From Octopus bimaculoides (taxonomy: Eukaryota), in NCBI RefSeq assembly GCF_001194135.2, contig NC_068991.1:54867629-54918624 (forward strand): DNA of 50,996 bases, given 5' to 3'. Positions within the stretch are counted from its first letter, which is position 1. Each line of letters begins with the position of its first letter. This document shows positions 36,831-48,414 of this stretch, one piece after another. The notes under the pieces were generated by a model. It was not told the origin of the DNA. It searched no databases and saw nothing but the letters and a program-made list of their open reading frames with translations. The position numbers and the translations under genes are program-made.

Positions 36831-38230
36831 CACAGTAAACACTCAAGAAAGCAACCAGTCAAGTTTCTCTGAACTCCACCCAGGGCCATCCCTCCTCTTA
36901 TCACTGCTATTGTCTCAAGTTCTCTGCTAACCACTTTATCCACTCTTTTATCCTCTGCAAATTTTCTCTCCTGCAGCTATTAACTCATTGATGATCCAAC
37001 TGAACTTCAATCAATTGTTACGTTGATTTCATCAATCTTACATTTCATGTCCTTTAAAATGTGCTGCACAGTCAGAACAATTATACTGTCTGTTATTGTC
37101 AACTGCTGTAAAAAATTTTATATCAGCTACAAAAAGTTTAGAAAAGTAAACTATAATAAAGGATATTTCTTTGCTAAAAATTACAATGGCCAAACATGAT
37201 ACTGAATCCAATTTTACTTTCACCAGTAACATATACAGTGTCTTCAACAAGCCAGCAAGGGAGAAACTTCTGTGCTAGAAATAGTAGTCAAATCTTCCAC
37301 AGTTCTTACCACACTATCTTAAGAATGGATAAACTGGACAATTTAGTCTTGGATATACAAAATAAATGGATGGCCAAAATCTACAACATCTTTTGTTGAT
37401 CAGAGCTAACTTGGAATTAATATCATTGAAGATTATCTTATTCCTATCAATAAGGGATATTCCATCAATCACAGCTCTGTCTTAATCCATTTCTGAAGAA
37501 TATATAATGAGTTTTCTCATTTAAATAACTTCTACAGATGATTAATGGAACTTATTCTTGAGCTCAAATACTTATCTTTTTTCGGTCATTGGACTGAGAC
37601 CATGCTGGGGCACCATCTTCAAAGGTTTAGTCAAACAAATCAATCCCAGTCCATATCTTTTTTTTCCAAAACTTGATGCTTTTCTATTGGTCACTTTTGC
37701 TAAATTGATAAGTTACAGAGACAAACCCACACCCATTGTTGAGCAGTGTGTGTTGGGACAAACACATATATGCATATGTTATATGTATGACAGGCTTCCA
37801 TCTACTAAATTCACTCACAAGCCATTGGTCAGCTCAGGGCTGCTACAAGAAGACATTTACCCAAGATGCCACACAGTTAGCTGATTAAATATTGATCCTG
37901 TCAGTGCTGGTGCCACATATAAATCACCCAGTACACTCTGTAAAGTGGTTGGTGTTAGGAAGAACATCCAGCTGTCGAGACCTTGGCAAAACAGACAATG
38001 AAACTTTGTGTGGCTCCTAGCCTTGCTAGCTCCTGTCAAACCATCCAACCCATGCTAGCATGGAGAACATCATCATCATCATCATGCTAGCATGATGATG
38101 ATGATGATGATGATGATGAAAAACAAGAAGTTTAATCAGATGCTTTATACATTAATGTTTCTATAGTTTTCTCAACTAATCTAAGGATAATGTGTTTTCA
38201 CAAATGACTCTTGTTTCTTTCTAATTTCAG

Positions 38231-38298
38231 TGGCATCGTTTTGTTTGAATTTCAACTTCAAGCAGCTGGCAAATGGAATCCTTCACCGAAACAAATGA
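38231..38298 (+). CDS. TRIM9: TRIM9-like stop-containing exon at the position of the first SPRY exon
   Basis: ttctttctaatttcag| in phase 1 gives (V)ASFCLNFNFKQLANGILHRNK*. Canonical Trim9 continues TAE|VAWF..., so phase and first residues match, but the frame closes at TGA 38296-38298. Confidence 0.65.
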
Positions 38299-38926
38299 AG
38301 TACATTAATTAATTTCCTTTGTTTAACAACTAATTATTATAGTTTTCTTCTTTTAGACTTGTTTAGGTTTTAGTATCATTTATATTTGGTCTTATCAGTA
38401 AATTATTATTCATTATACAAACACAAATATAGAAACATGTTATACATACATATGTGTATATATGTATATAATATCATTTCATTTTGTTGGTTTCATTGTT
38501 TATATCTTTTTTTTTCCATTGAATTTTCTTACAAATCTGTTTCCAATCCTAAAACCGAGTTATTGCAATGAAATAGTAACCCTGTGTGGTAAATGTTTGT
38601 AGGATAGAGGTAAGTTCCTGGCAAGTTAAATCCACAACCCATTTTACTATCCCCAGACATAGTCATTCCACTTGATATTACAAGTTCCCTTGGAAAAAAA
38701 AAAAGCATGAATATTATATAATTCTATTTACCTTCCCTACAAATTTGAAGCCTTGTGCCTATGTAAAAATATTTCATAACTTCCAATTGCTTTCATTGAA
38801 ATTCAGAGGGTTTATAGCTCCAATACTTCAGACGTGATTTAAATGTTACAGGAAAGAATCGCAAGATGGATTCTTCAAGCTGAGCCAACTGGCAGTAGTA
38901 GACCTAGGGGTAGACCAAGAATGAGA

Positions 38927-39076
38927 AGGCGGTGAGCTGGCAGAAACGTTAGCACCCCGGGCGAAATACTTAGCGGTATTTCGTCTGCCGTTATGTTCTG
39001 AGTTCAAATCGACTCAGGTCGACTTTGTCCTTGTTTGTCCCCTCTATGTTTAGCTCCTTGTGGGCAATAAAGAAAT
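38927..39076 (+). mobile_element. Internally deleted SINE-A with alternative tail, flanked by a 10-bp TSD
   Basis: AAGAATGAGA at 38917-38926 and 39077-39086. The head is joined directly to the tail TGTCCTTGTTTGTCCCCTCTATGTTTAGCTCCTTGTGGGCAATAAAGAAAT. Confidence 0.85.
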
Positions 39077-42000
39077 AAGAATGAGATAGCTGGATAATAT
39101 TCATTGTCTCTGTTGGTCATGCTTGAGAATCCAGTTGGAAATTGTAATGATGATTGCTTCTGATAGGACCCTATGGAGGAGGTGCCTGAGGGCTCTACCC
39201 CAACAGCCCACCCAGGAATAGTGGGAGGAGAAAACATATGGAACAATAATGTATATAATCGTTAATTTCATATAGGAAAGCCAAATACTTACAGTTAAAT
39301 CATAATTGCTGTTAAGTAATTTTTTTACTTTGATGGTGCAATAAAACACATCTGAAATAGTAGTATATCCATACATAGTCACACATATATATATACACGC
39401 CCTTGTATAATTTAATTAACTCCTGTATTATATTGTGATGATGATTAACAAGATTTTGTTTTACTGCTACTGTTGTGATATTTCCTATACTCACTAATTA
39501 CTTTGAGATGTGAAATTTGTTTAAAAGTTGACTAATCACAACTAGTATTTATCTATGATCAGGTGGGTGACCAACTGGAACATGTGCAGTTATAGTAATG
39601 GCAAAATTTCTTCCTACTCAAATATTATAATATCTTCTTAAAACATTTTTTCCATGATACTTGTTAGTAAACTAATTGCTAATCTTCAATACTTTATCTT
39701 CTTATAATAAGCTATTGAAACTAAACAAATATATATACATATATGTATATATATTGCTTGGAATTGTGGTTCTAAACATTTCGAAAACTCTCACCATAAG
39801 TGCTTCCATGAATGGCAACCACATTGACAGTTTGATCGGTAGAAGGAATTACTAGATGGTTCTGGTGTCTGTTTCTCAAGCCATTAATCCTTGCAACCTT
39901 CATCTTAATCAAGTCTCACTAATCCCTATCTCTAATATATATCTGAGCCTCAGCCATATTTAATATAATACTTTCTTAGTGATGATGTATTGGATTTTCC
40001 TGATCTTTCCTTTGTAACTCCAATTTCGCAACTTAGGCCCACCAAATAAAATCACAGTAACTGCTTCAGTATGGTGACATTCGATTCTCAGCTATTTTAT
40101 TTGTGCCACTAATGTTGCTTCCCTTGAAAATATTGAGTTGTCTGTGGTTGGTTGACACTATGCATCATCAGAGTCACAGACAATCACCCTTGCATATTGT
40201 TTGCTGTTTGACTTACTATATGAACTTTGGTAAATCCAGAATCTGAGAGTACTTTTTTTTAAATTGGTCTCACTACCTTTATGAAGTCAATAAAGACTGA
40301 TTAGTCTTGCAATATTGTTCATCTTCTCTTCTATTATTTGCTGGTTAACAGTTCCACAATTTTTTTTCTTCTTTCCTATTGGTCACATCTCGTCAACAAC
40401 TCTATACTCAAATACATTTTCTTCCCTTCCTTATTTCTTCATATGATATCATTATTGACTGATACCTTTTTTTTTTTCATTGCTTTCTGTTTTTCACATT
40501 GGATGAGAAAAAGGAAGAAACTAAATAGTGGTATCATGCAAGTTCCTTTTCAACATATTTGGTATCTTCTCATATATTTCTTGTTTATTGAACTGATAGA
40601 CCCATATACCAATGGTTTTTATACATTAACAATGTTGGGAATTTTGTCTGATAGGGCTTGCATTTTGTTCAATTTTCTTGACTCCAGTAAATGGAATTTA
40701 AGTGATATATAGAAATACATATTAACTCATGCTAGAGTAAAAACTGCTTAGTCAGTAACCAGAAAGCCCTTAATGTACCTAATGTTTACTAAGTAATCAT
40801 TTAATCAGTTGTTGGCACTCACTCTTCTGAAATCACATATCTTTTACAAAAGAATTGCTACAGAATTTCTTTGTTATGGTGTTAGTGTTATCATCTTTTA
40901 AAGTTTTCATTGATTAGGCTGGCATTATTAATCTAAAGTAACAAAGAGAAGATGCAATAATCAACAGTAATTATCTCTATTTTGTCAGAGTTGAATTGAA
41001 ACACAATGAATTTTTGTTGTAAAAACTCTAGCAAACTTGATAATTCTACTATTTACCATTGAATACAAGTTAAATATTAATACTGAGGTATTCTTTGTCA
41101 TGAAGTAAAAAAAAAAAAATACCAGTGAGAGTATAATCATTGACAATATGCTTCAGGCATGTTGAAGACACCCAACCATAAACAAGTGAAGTAACTTGTT
41201 GTAAATAAGAATATTTAAATAATTGTGTAAATGACCATTCTGAAAGTGGTAACATTCTCCATTTATGCTTAAAATAAATGAACCAATTAAAAATTTTTAA
41301 TCCTGTCATAGTTGGAGAAGTTCCTTCACAAACACTATATACATCCATATATATGAAATATTCAATGGCACATGATTTGGTGGCATAAATGCCTTCAGCT
41401 GTCTAGTTTGATATATTGTGTTAGAAAATAAAATCTTCCAGGGTTAATAAATTAAATCAACTAATTAATTATTCTCCTCCAAAAAAAAATTGATTGTACG
41501 CTTATTTAAGATAAAACAGATTTTACCTCTTAAATCCATTCATACTTTCAGAAGTTTTCTTATGGCTGAATTATAAGTTTGCTACAACTTGAATCATCAT
41601 AGTATCCCAATTTATTTCTTTGTATAATGTAATTTTTTGAAGCAAAATACATTGGTTTTGTTTTGTTTTTTTTTAAACTCATTCTTTCGCATATTAGAAA
41701 ATATAAAATGAAAGCATTTATCAGAATTTTGTGCAACAATATTATCTCCGTAAATCTGATATCTACATAACTCCCTGCAAAATTGTTTTAAGTTGTTTTT
41801 AATATGTTCTTTTATATTTGAAAAAGGTCATGGTTTTTCAGTTTTTAATTTGCTAGGGAAATATCTAAAGTCAAATTGCATTATAAATATGTTGAGTTGG
41901 TGGAGAGCAGAATTCAAAACTGAACAAATATCTGCTGCTGTAATTGTTTTCTTTCTCTATGATTGCTACAGAAATGAGTTAGACAAATCAAATTGTTTTT

Positions 42001-42150
42001 CATTATTTTCATCATTTCTTTAGAATTTTTAATGTGGTTCACTTGCTTATGTTTGTTCATATTAAGTCAAAGTAATTTGTCACAATATGAATGTTTAAAA
42101 CTGAAATTTTTGTAAAACATTCTATTATTATTATTATTATTATTATTATT

Positions 42151-42374
42151 AAGGCGGTGAGCTGGCAAAATCGTAAGCATGCCAGGCAAAAATGCTTAGC
42201 AGTATTTCGTCTGTCTTTACGTTCTAGGTTCAAATTCCATCAAGGTCAACTTCGCCTTTCATCTTTTCAGGGTCGATTAAATAAGTACCAGTTACGCACT
42301 GAGGTCGATGTAATTGACTTAATCCCTTCCCCCAAATTTGAGGCTTTGTGCTTCCAGTAGAAAGAATTATTATT
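42151..42374 (+). mobile_element. Full-length SINE-A between (ATT)n tracts
   Basis: Complete unit with (ATT)n on both sides. Confidence 0.85.
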
Positions 42375-43284
42375 AAAACTTGCTCTATTCAATAATTTAT
42401 TATTATGAAAAGAAAAAAAGAAATTTGAGTTTAGTATCTACTGCTGAATATTTTTTAGTTTCCAACATAGTTCTAGAACGAATTATGATAGCACTAAATA
42501 AAATCATTTGCATATTTTTATATACGTTGACGATGGGATACCAGCCTCTCTGCTGACTGGATCTTTGCTCTTACCAATTGTTTTCCATATTGATTCCTGA
42601 ATTTTGTTGATATCTGATTGCAGATATTTTTAGACAGTAAATTATTTTATTTCTCAACTTTTTATCTATAGTTTCATAGTTTCCACATTCTGCATTTCAT
42701 TTTTTTTTTTTTCCCAATATTTTTTAAGCATCTGATATATAATGATTCTATTCATGGCATTTACTTTTGTATATATTAAAGAAAGTAAATAGTTTTTGTT
42801 GAGGAAATCTCAAAAAAAAAGTAAATAAATAATTGTTTTGTACACGGATGCTGAGCATTTTAAACATGACTTCAATGCACTTTCTTGTTGCAAATTTCAT
42901 GCTGTTATCCATTAATTATCATTTGGAATAAATATTGATGAAATATCTTACTACATTGTTCAGAACGTTGTGACTTCTAATTCATGTAAATTATTCAAAC
43001 AAGTTTAAATAATGCAGTTACCTTTGAAATGTTTATTGTAAAATATATCATATCTTTGGCATTTTATCTGTAATAATAAAAATGAATTATACAAATTTTT
43101 GAAGAATTCTAATGTTTTTTTCATACTAATTTCTGTTTTTAATAGCATAAATTAGCATAATAGAACATTGCATGACTAGGTCCCACCTTCTCTGCTTTGG
43201 TGATTGAGAAAGCAATAATTGGAAATACATAGAATATGCACAGGAAGAAAAGTGAATATATCTTTAAAAAAAAAAAAAAGACAG

Positions 43285-44115
43285 AAACAGGGGTGGTGGC
43301 ATCAGGTGTGCTGTTGGTGAATTTCAGGAAGCATGTAAGTTTTGAAGGATGTAGTGTCTTTAAAGCTAACAACTGATGTAGGTAGTTTATTCCATGCTTC
43401 AGTGGAGGCGCAATGGTCCGGTGGTTAGGGCAGTGGACTCGCGGTCATAGGATCGTGGTTTTGATTCCCAGACCGGGCGTTGTGAGTGTTTATTGAGCGA
43501 AAACACCTAAAGCTCCACGAGGTTCCGGCAGGAGATGGTGGCAAACCCTGCTGTACTCTTTCACCACAACTTTCTGTTGTACCTGTAATTCAAAGGGCCA
43601 GCCTTGTCACACTGTGTCACGCTGAATATCCCCAAGAACTATGTTAAGGGTACACGTGTCTGTGGAGTGCTCAGCCACTTGCACATTAATTTCACGAGCA
43701 GGCTGTTCCATTGATCGGATCAACTGGAACCCTCGACGTCATAAGCGACGGAGTGCCAACAACATTCCATGCTTCAGCAATTCTAAGAATGAAAAAATGT
43801 TTCTAAAAGTTATGGGTGCTGTGTTGCTTTTTTGATTTTGTAAGGCTGTCCATGAGTATTAGACATACGGAATTCAAAAAGATGCCCAAGGTTGTTGTTG
43901 GAAAGATGGTGGATAATCTTGTGGGTGTCTGCCAAGTCAGTTGCCAGACGTTGGAACTTTAATATGTTCATGTTCAACAAAGCAAAACGTTCGGAGTATG
44001 GTAGATGCCTGATGGTGGGTATTTGTCTGGTTGCATGTTTCTGAACAGTTTCCAGGAGATTGATATGCCAGCCTAGATAGTGGTTCCAGACTGGTAATGT
44101 AAACCCTAAGTGTGG
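43285..44115 (-). mobile_element. CR1 LINE fragment split by a SINE insertion
   Basis: 43285-43402 and 43764-44115 are colinear with the CR1 copy at 28900-29340. Confidence 0.8.
43403..43763 (+). mobile_element. Full-length tRNA-derived SINE (361 bp) with 14-bp TSD
   Basis: A box TGGTCCGGTGG, B box GGTTTTGATTCC, (CAA)n end. TSD ATTCCATGCTTCAG at 43389-43402 and 43764-43777. Another copy runs off the window end (50760-50996). Confidence 0.9.
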
Positions 44116-46641
44116 ACTCCTACCCTACAATATCATTCTAAAAATCTACAAACATACCATTGAAATCTTGAAGCTACAAGATAATGATGGGTTAATTCAA
44201 TACAACATGAATAAATCATCATCATCNNNNNNNNNNCTAAAAATCATATCTTCACATTTCAGAGAAAATAATGTCTGAGTATAAAAAATGAAAATGCTGT
44301 GAAACAAAATCTTAATAATGGATCTCAGCAGGGTGATGATGGAACAGAATCAATAGCTCACCGGGTAAAATGCTTTACATATTGAGTTCAAATTCCACTG
44401 AGGTCACCTTTGCCTTTCATCCATTCAGGGTTCATAAAATAAGTACGCTCACCGGGTAAAATGCTTTACATTCTGAGTTCAAATTCTACTAAGGTCGCCT
44501 TTGCCTTTCATCCATTCAGGGTTCATAAAATAAGTACCATTTGAACACTGGGGTCAATGTAATTGACTTATACCCTCCTGCTGAAATTGCTGGTCTTGTG
44601 CCAATGTCTGAAATCAATATTAGATCTCAGCACAGTAACAGCAATCACATCAATATCTATTATTTCTTTCAACATGGTATTTTAAGTGAATCCAGATTAG
44701 GAGAGGAGAGTCTTGCAGTGAAATGCTTGTAACTGGTTGATTACAAAACTGATTTGACCCGAGACACTCAAATCATCTCAGTCGATGTACTTTGACTTGT
44801 ACTATCACCATTCACAGTGGTCCCTTGACACCCAACCTAAGCCAGAGTGACATGACCTTAGGTCAGGTAATTTACTGTACTTAGGCAAGGAACATATATT
44901 TCTAACACTTTTTAGACTCCTACAGAAACCCAGAACTATACCTATGATCAAAGGCATTTCAATAACATCCAATTCTTTTAAGATTGTACAGGGTGAATTT
45001 GGCTGCTATTTCTAGCAGGCTGAGTGATCACATAGAAGCTTGCACTTGCTTCATCAGTTAAGCAGCTATGAGCAAGGTTGTGGTGACAAGATATAGCTAT
45101 ATGCTTAAGACATCTACTTTGCCAACAATATTGTCTTTGGGTTCAGTCCCACAGTGTGGAACCTTGGTAAATATCTTCTATAGCTTCAGACTAAGGAATT
45201 ATGAGTGAAATTTAGTAGATAGAATCGGTATTTCTATGAAAGACCATAATATATGTATCACACTGACACTATTTAGGCAGCAGTGATGTGTTTCTAGTAC
45301 GTCCAGGGATTCCATTGGGTTTGGGAAAAACTGAAGATGTTGAGTTTCGGTGATTAGGAGATGAAACAAAATTAGGGGACAATTCTTTTATCAATGAACC
45401 ATCATTTAAAATCCATGATTATTTACACCCATCACATATCATTGACACATAAAAGGGCACCCAGTACACTCTGTAAAGTGGTCAGCATCAGGAAGGACAT
45501 CCAACTGTAGAAACTAAGCTAAAACAGATGGCTGGAGCAGCTTACCAGCTCTGGTCAAACTGTCTGACCCATGCCAGTGTGGAAAATGAATGTTAAATCA
45601 TGATGATCATGTGAAGTAAAGACAAAGGTACACGCTTCCTGCAGTTTCCATCTGCAAAATCCACACACAAGGATTTGGTTGGCCTGGGCTGTAGAGGACA
45701 CTTGCCTGAGATTGAACCTGACACTACATAGTTGGGAAGCGACCAGGAGTTTTCTAACAGTGGAGCAAAAGACAATTTTACTTTCTAATTTTCTGTGAAT
45801 GACGTTTGTAAATACCAAAAGAGAGAGAGAGAGAGACTTCTAATGTTGCTGTGACTTGTATCTATAACACGTTTTTGAAGAGTGGAAACTTGAAATAGTT
45901 GTCCACAATGCAAATAAATAATAATCAAACAACTATGAAGGAGTTTAGAGAATGGTAATTAAGTCAGATGATATTAGACAAGTAAAGTAGTAAGACTTTC
46001 AACTAAAGTACCTGGAGGCAGTTTGCTGCTGGCATTCAACTGAAAGAAAATGATGGGAAGATTTTTGTGGAATAAAGTCCATCATCTGGGAAGGAAAAAA
46101 GAATAGGCGTATTTTGGGGATGAGGGATGGGTAGACAATAGAAGATTGCAATGATTCTTTTTACTTGATTCAGTCACTGGACTAGGGCAATGCTTTGAAG
46201 GATTTAGTCAAACAACTCACCAAGCTACTAAGTCATGTAGACATGAACAAACCAACACCAGTTAAAAAGCAATGGTATGGAACATACATATATATAAATA
46301 CAACAAAATTTGTTTTTATATATTAGGATTCCATACGAATATTGGTTGGACAGCTCTACAAATCCAGTCATTTAAATATATTGTTTTATATTTGGAGACG
46401 ATCATTTTTGCCAATAAACATATGCACTATTTGACTTTCACTGCAGTTTTATTATACAGTGAAGAAGAACAGATAGTCATTGAATAGGTCACAGAATGTG
46501 TGACAAAATAACTAATAATAATAAAGCTGAAGTGAAAGTCAAATAGTGTGTGTGTTTATTGGCAAATTGACTGTCCCCAAATATAACAATATCTGTTTCA
46601 ACACACCATTTCCCATCAAGAATCTTGCAGAACAAATACAT

Positions 46642-47045
46642 AAACAGTTCTATATTTAAGAGATGAGGAATTATGTACATTATTTACGTTTGATGGATAT
46701 TTGTCCTCATCTTGTTTGTTGTTAACACAACATTTCAGCTGATATACCCTCCAGCCTTCATCAAGTGTCTTGGGGAAATTTCAAATCTGGGTTCTCGTTC
46801 CTAAGGTATTTTTCGATATTATTATTATTATCATTCAGGTCACTGCTTGGAATCGAACTCGGAATCTTGGGGTTAGTAGCCCGCGCTCTTAACCACTATG
46901 CCATATGCTTGTGGGCATACCTTAGGAATGAGAACCCAGGTTCAAAATTGCCCCAAGACACCTGATGAAGGCTGGAAGGTATAACAGCCAAAACGTGTTA
47001 ACAACAAACAAGATGAGGACAAATATCTGTCAAATGTAAATAATG
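46642..47045 (-). mobile_element. Second tRNA-head/hammerhead element with a 5' inverted duplication of its tail
   Basis: Arms 46678-46807 and 46919-47045 are reverse complements enclosing the tRNA-like head (GGG-CTACTAA-CCC anticodon arm). Each arm holds a mutated hammerhead core. Confidence 0.8.
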
Positions 47046-48036
47046 GAAATACATAAACATACGTTATTTTCTAACTAAATACTTAACCTCTGTTCCAAAT
47101 TACATTGTGTAACATGATTTTTGTCTTTGGATAGCAAATGTTATTTCGTATTTGCTCACCCCTAGGAAGTATGAAAAATGGCTAATATTTCCTTCAAATT
47201 TTGCTTTTGTTATGTTTATTCAAATCCCAAAGAATCCTTGTCAACACCTGATTATGATGCTCCCCCACTGCTCCTGCTCATGATCAGAGATGCACATATT
47301 GTCAGCCACTAAGTTACATGCTCAAGTGGTTAAGGTCAAACAAGTAACAAGTAAATCTGTGGTATTGAGCAGAATATTTGCTATAACAATATTTCTGCTT
47401 CAGCAACTCAGTGCTGAATCTTGGTTGAAATGTAATGCAAAATAAATCAGTTTCAAAACATTGTTGTCCAGGTCACAAAAGCAAAGTTTAAAGGGAATAG
47501 TAGTCATTTCCTTTGATTTCTAGATAGAAACAAATAGGAAATAACACTTACTGACCAAGGACAAAAATAAAAATTTTGCTACACAGTGTTATTAACTGAT
47601 CAATGGAGAATCCAAGAGGCTTCAAGAGAAAAGAAGTTGCATAGATAGTTACAAATTCTTAAAACAGAAACATTTACAGTTTCCCTTCCTGCCTAAAAAC
47701 AAATTGATGAACGAGGTTCATTAGAATTACACTTAAGGATAAAATTGTAAACAAATAACAATTTGTCATAGCAACAGAATCGACAACATTTTAATAAGAG
47801 AAACTTGTTCCACCATAGTATCAAAAGATATAAAGCTTAATCAGTCCTTCCTGACCAGCTCTTGAAAAATAACTTCTTGGTAACAAGTCAGATTTTCTGT
47901 ATAAATAAAATTATGTTCATAAGCAAAAAACCTTTGGTTTAAATTTATACTTTAATTGGTAAAGAATTAAACCAATGTGTGTAAAGCAGAAATCTCTTTC
48001 AAATTAGATTTCTTGTTTAGAAGAGTTTATCTGCTT

Positions 48037-48414
48037 TCATTTGCTTTTATGAACTTTAATATTTGAAATTGTGCAGTCTTTGTTAAGTGAGATTTGCACT
48101 TCTCGATCAATTAATACAACATTCCGTCGGCACTGAAAACAAATATAAGTCCTACGTGGTTTACGTGTTGGTTCTGGATGAGATAGAACCTGTGCTATCA
48201 ACGTCATTGGTACAGTCTCAGTATTTGAATTTTGTTTGTCATTCAACTGATCTTCATTGGAATTGTTGATGGAATAAACCATTGCTGTAGGAGGGAACGT
48301 TTGCATTGGAATTCGGATTAATTTAGTTTCTTTTGTCATGGGAGGTTCTTCCATGTTAATCAGCTCTTCCTGGGTCATGTGGCATTTCACTCGTTCTTGA
48401 AGATCTGGAGGTAA
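48037..48414 (-). CDS. Terminal coding exon of an unidentified convergent gene
   Basis: Poly-T tract + ag, then an open 125-codon frame LPPDLQERVKCHMTQEELINMEEPP...RKPRRTYICFQCRRNVVLIDREVQISLNKDCTISNIKVHKSK*. Complex non-repetitive composition. An alternative in-frame acceptor would start at 48404. No family recognised. Confidence 0.65.
   Translation of the reverse strand, partial: LPPDLQERVKCHMTQEELINMEEPPMTKETKLIRIPMQTFPPTAMVYSINNSNEDQLNDKQNSNTETVPMTLIAQVLSHPEPTRKPRRTYICFQCRRNVVLIDREVQISLNKDCTISNIKVHKSK

Noticed and set aside
37000-37550. Possible decayed hAT transposase
   Set aside because: Motif-like fragments fall on different frames and strands; cannot be supported without a profile search.
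38603-38609. 7-nt microexon (tttgtag|GATAGAG|gtaagt)
   Set aside because: In the required phase 1 it gives an immediate TAG; only the donor is noted, in the SPRY finding.
39740-40712. Coding-like stretch and 124-aa hydrophobic ORF (40338-40712) as SPRY or membrane protein
   Set aside because: No SPRY motifs or usable splice sites; hydrophobicity follows from T-richness. Probably UTR or old TE.
44356-44537. 91-bp tandem direct repeat
   Set aside because: Local duplication inside a SINE-A copy; not a CRISPR array or functional repeat.
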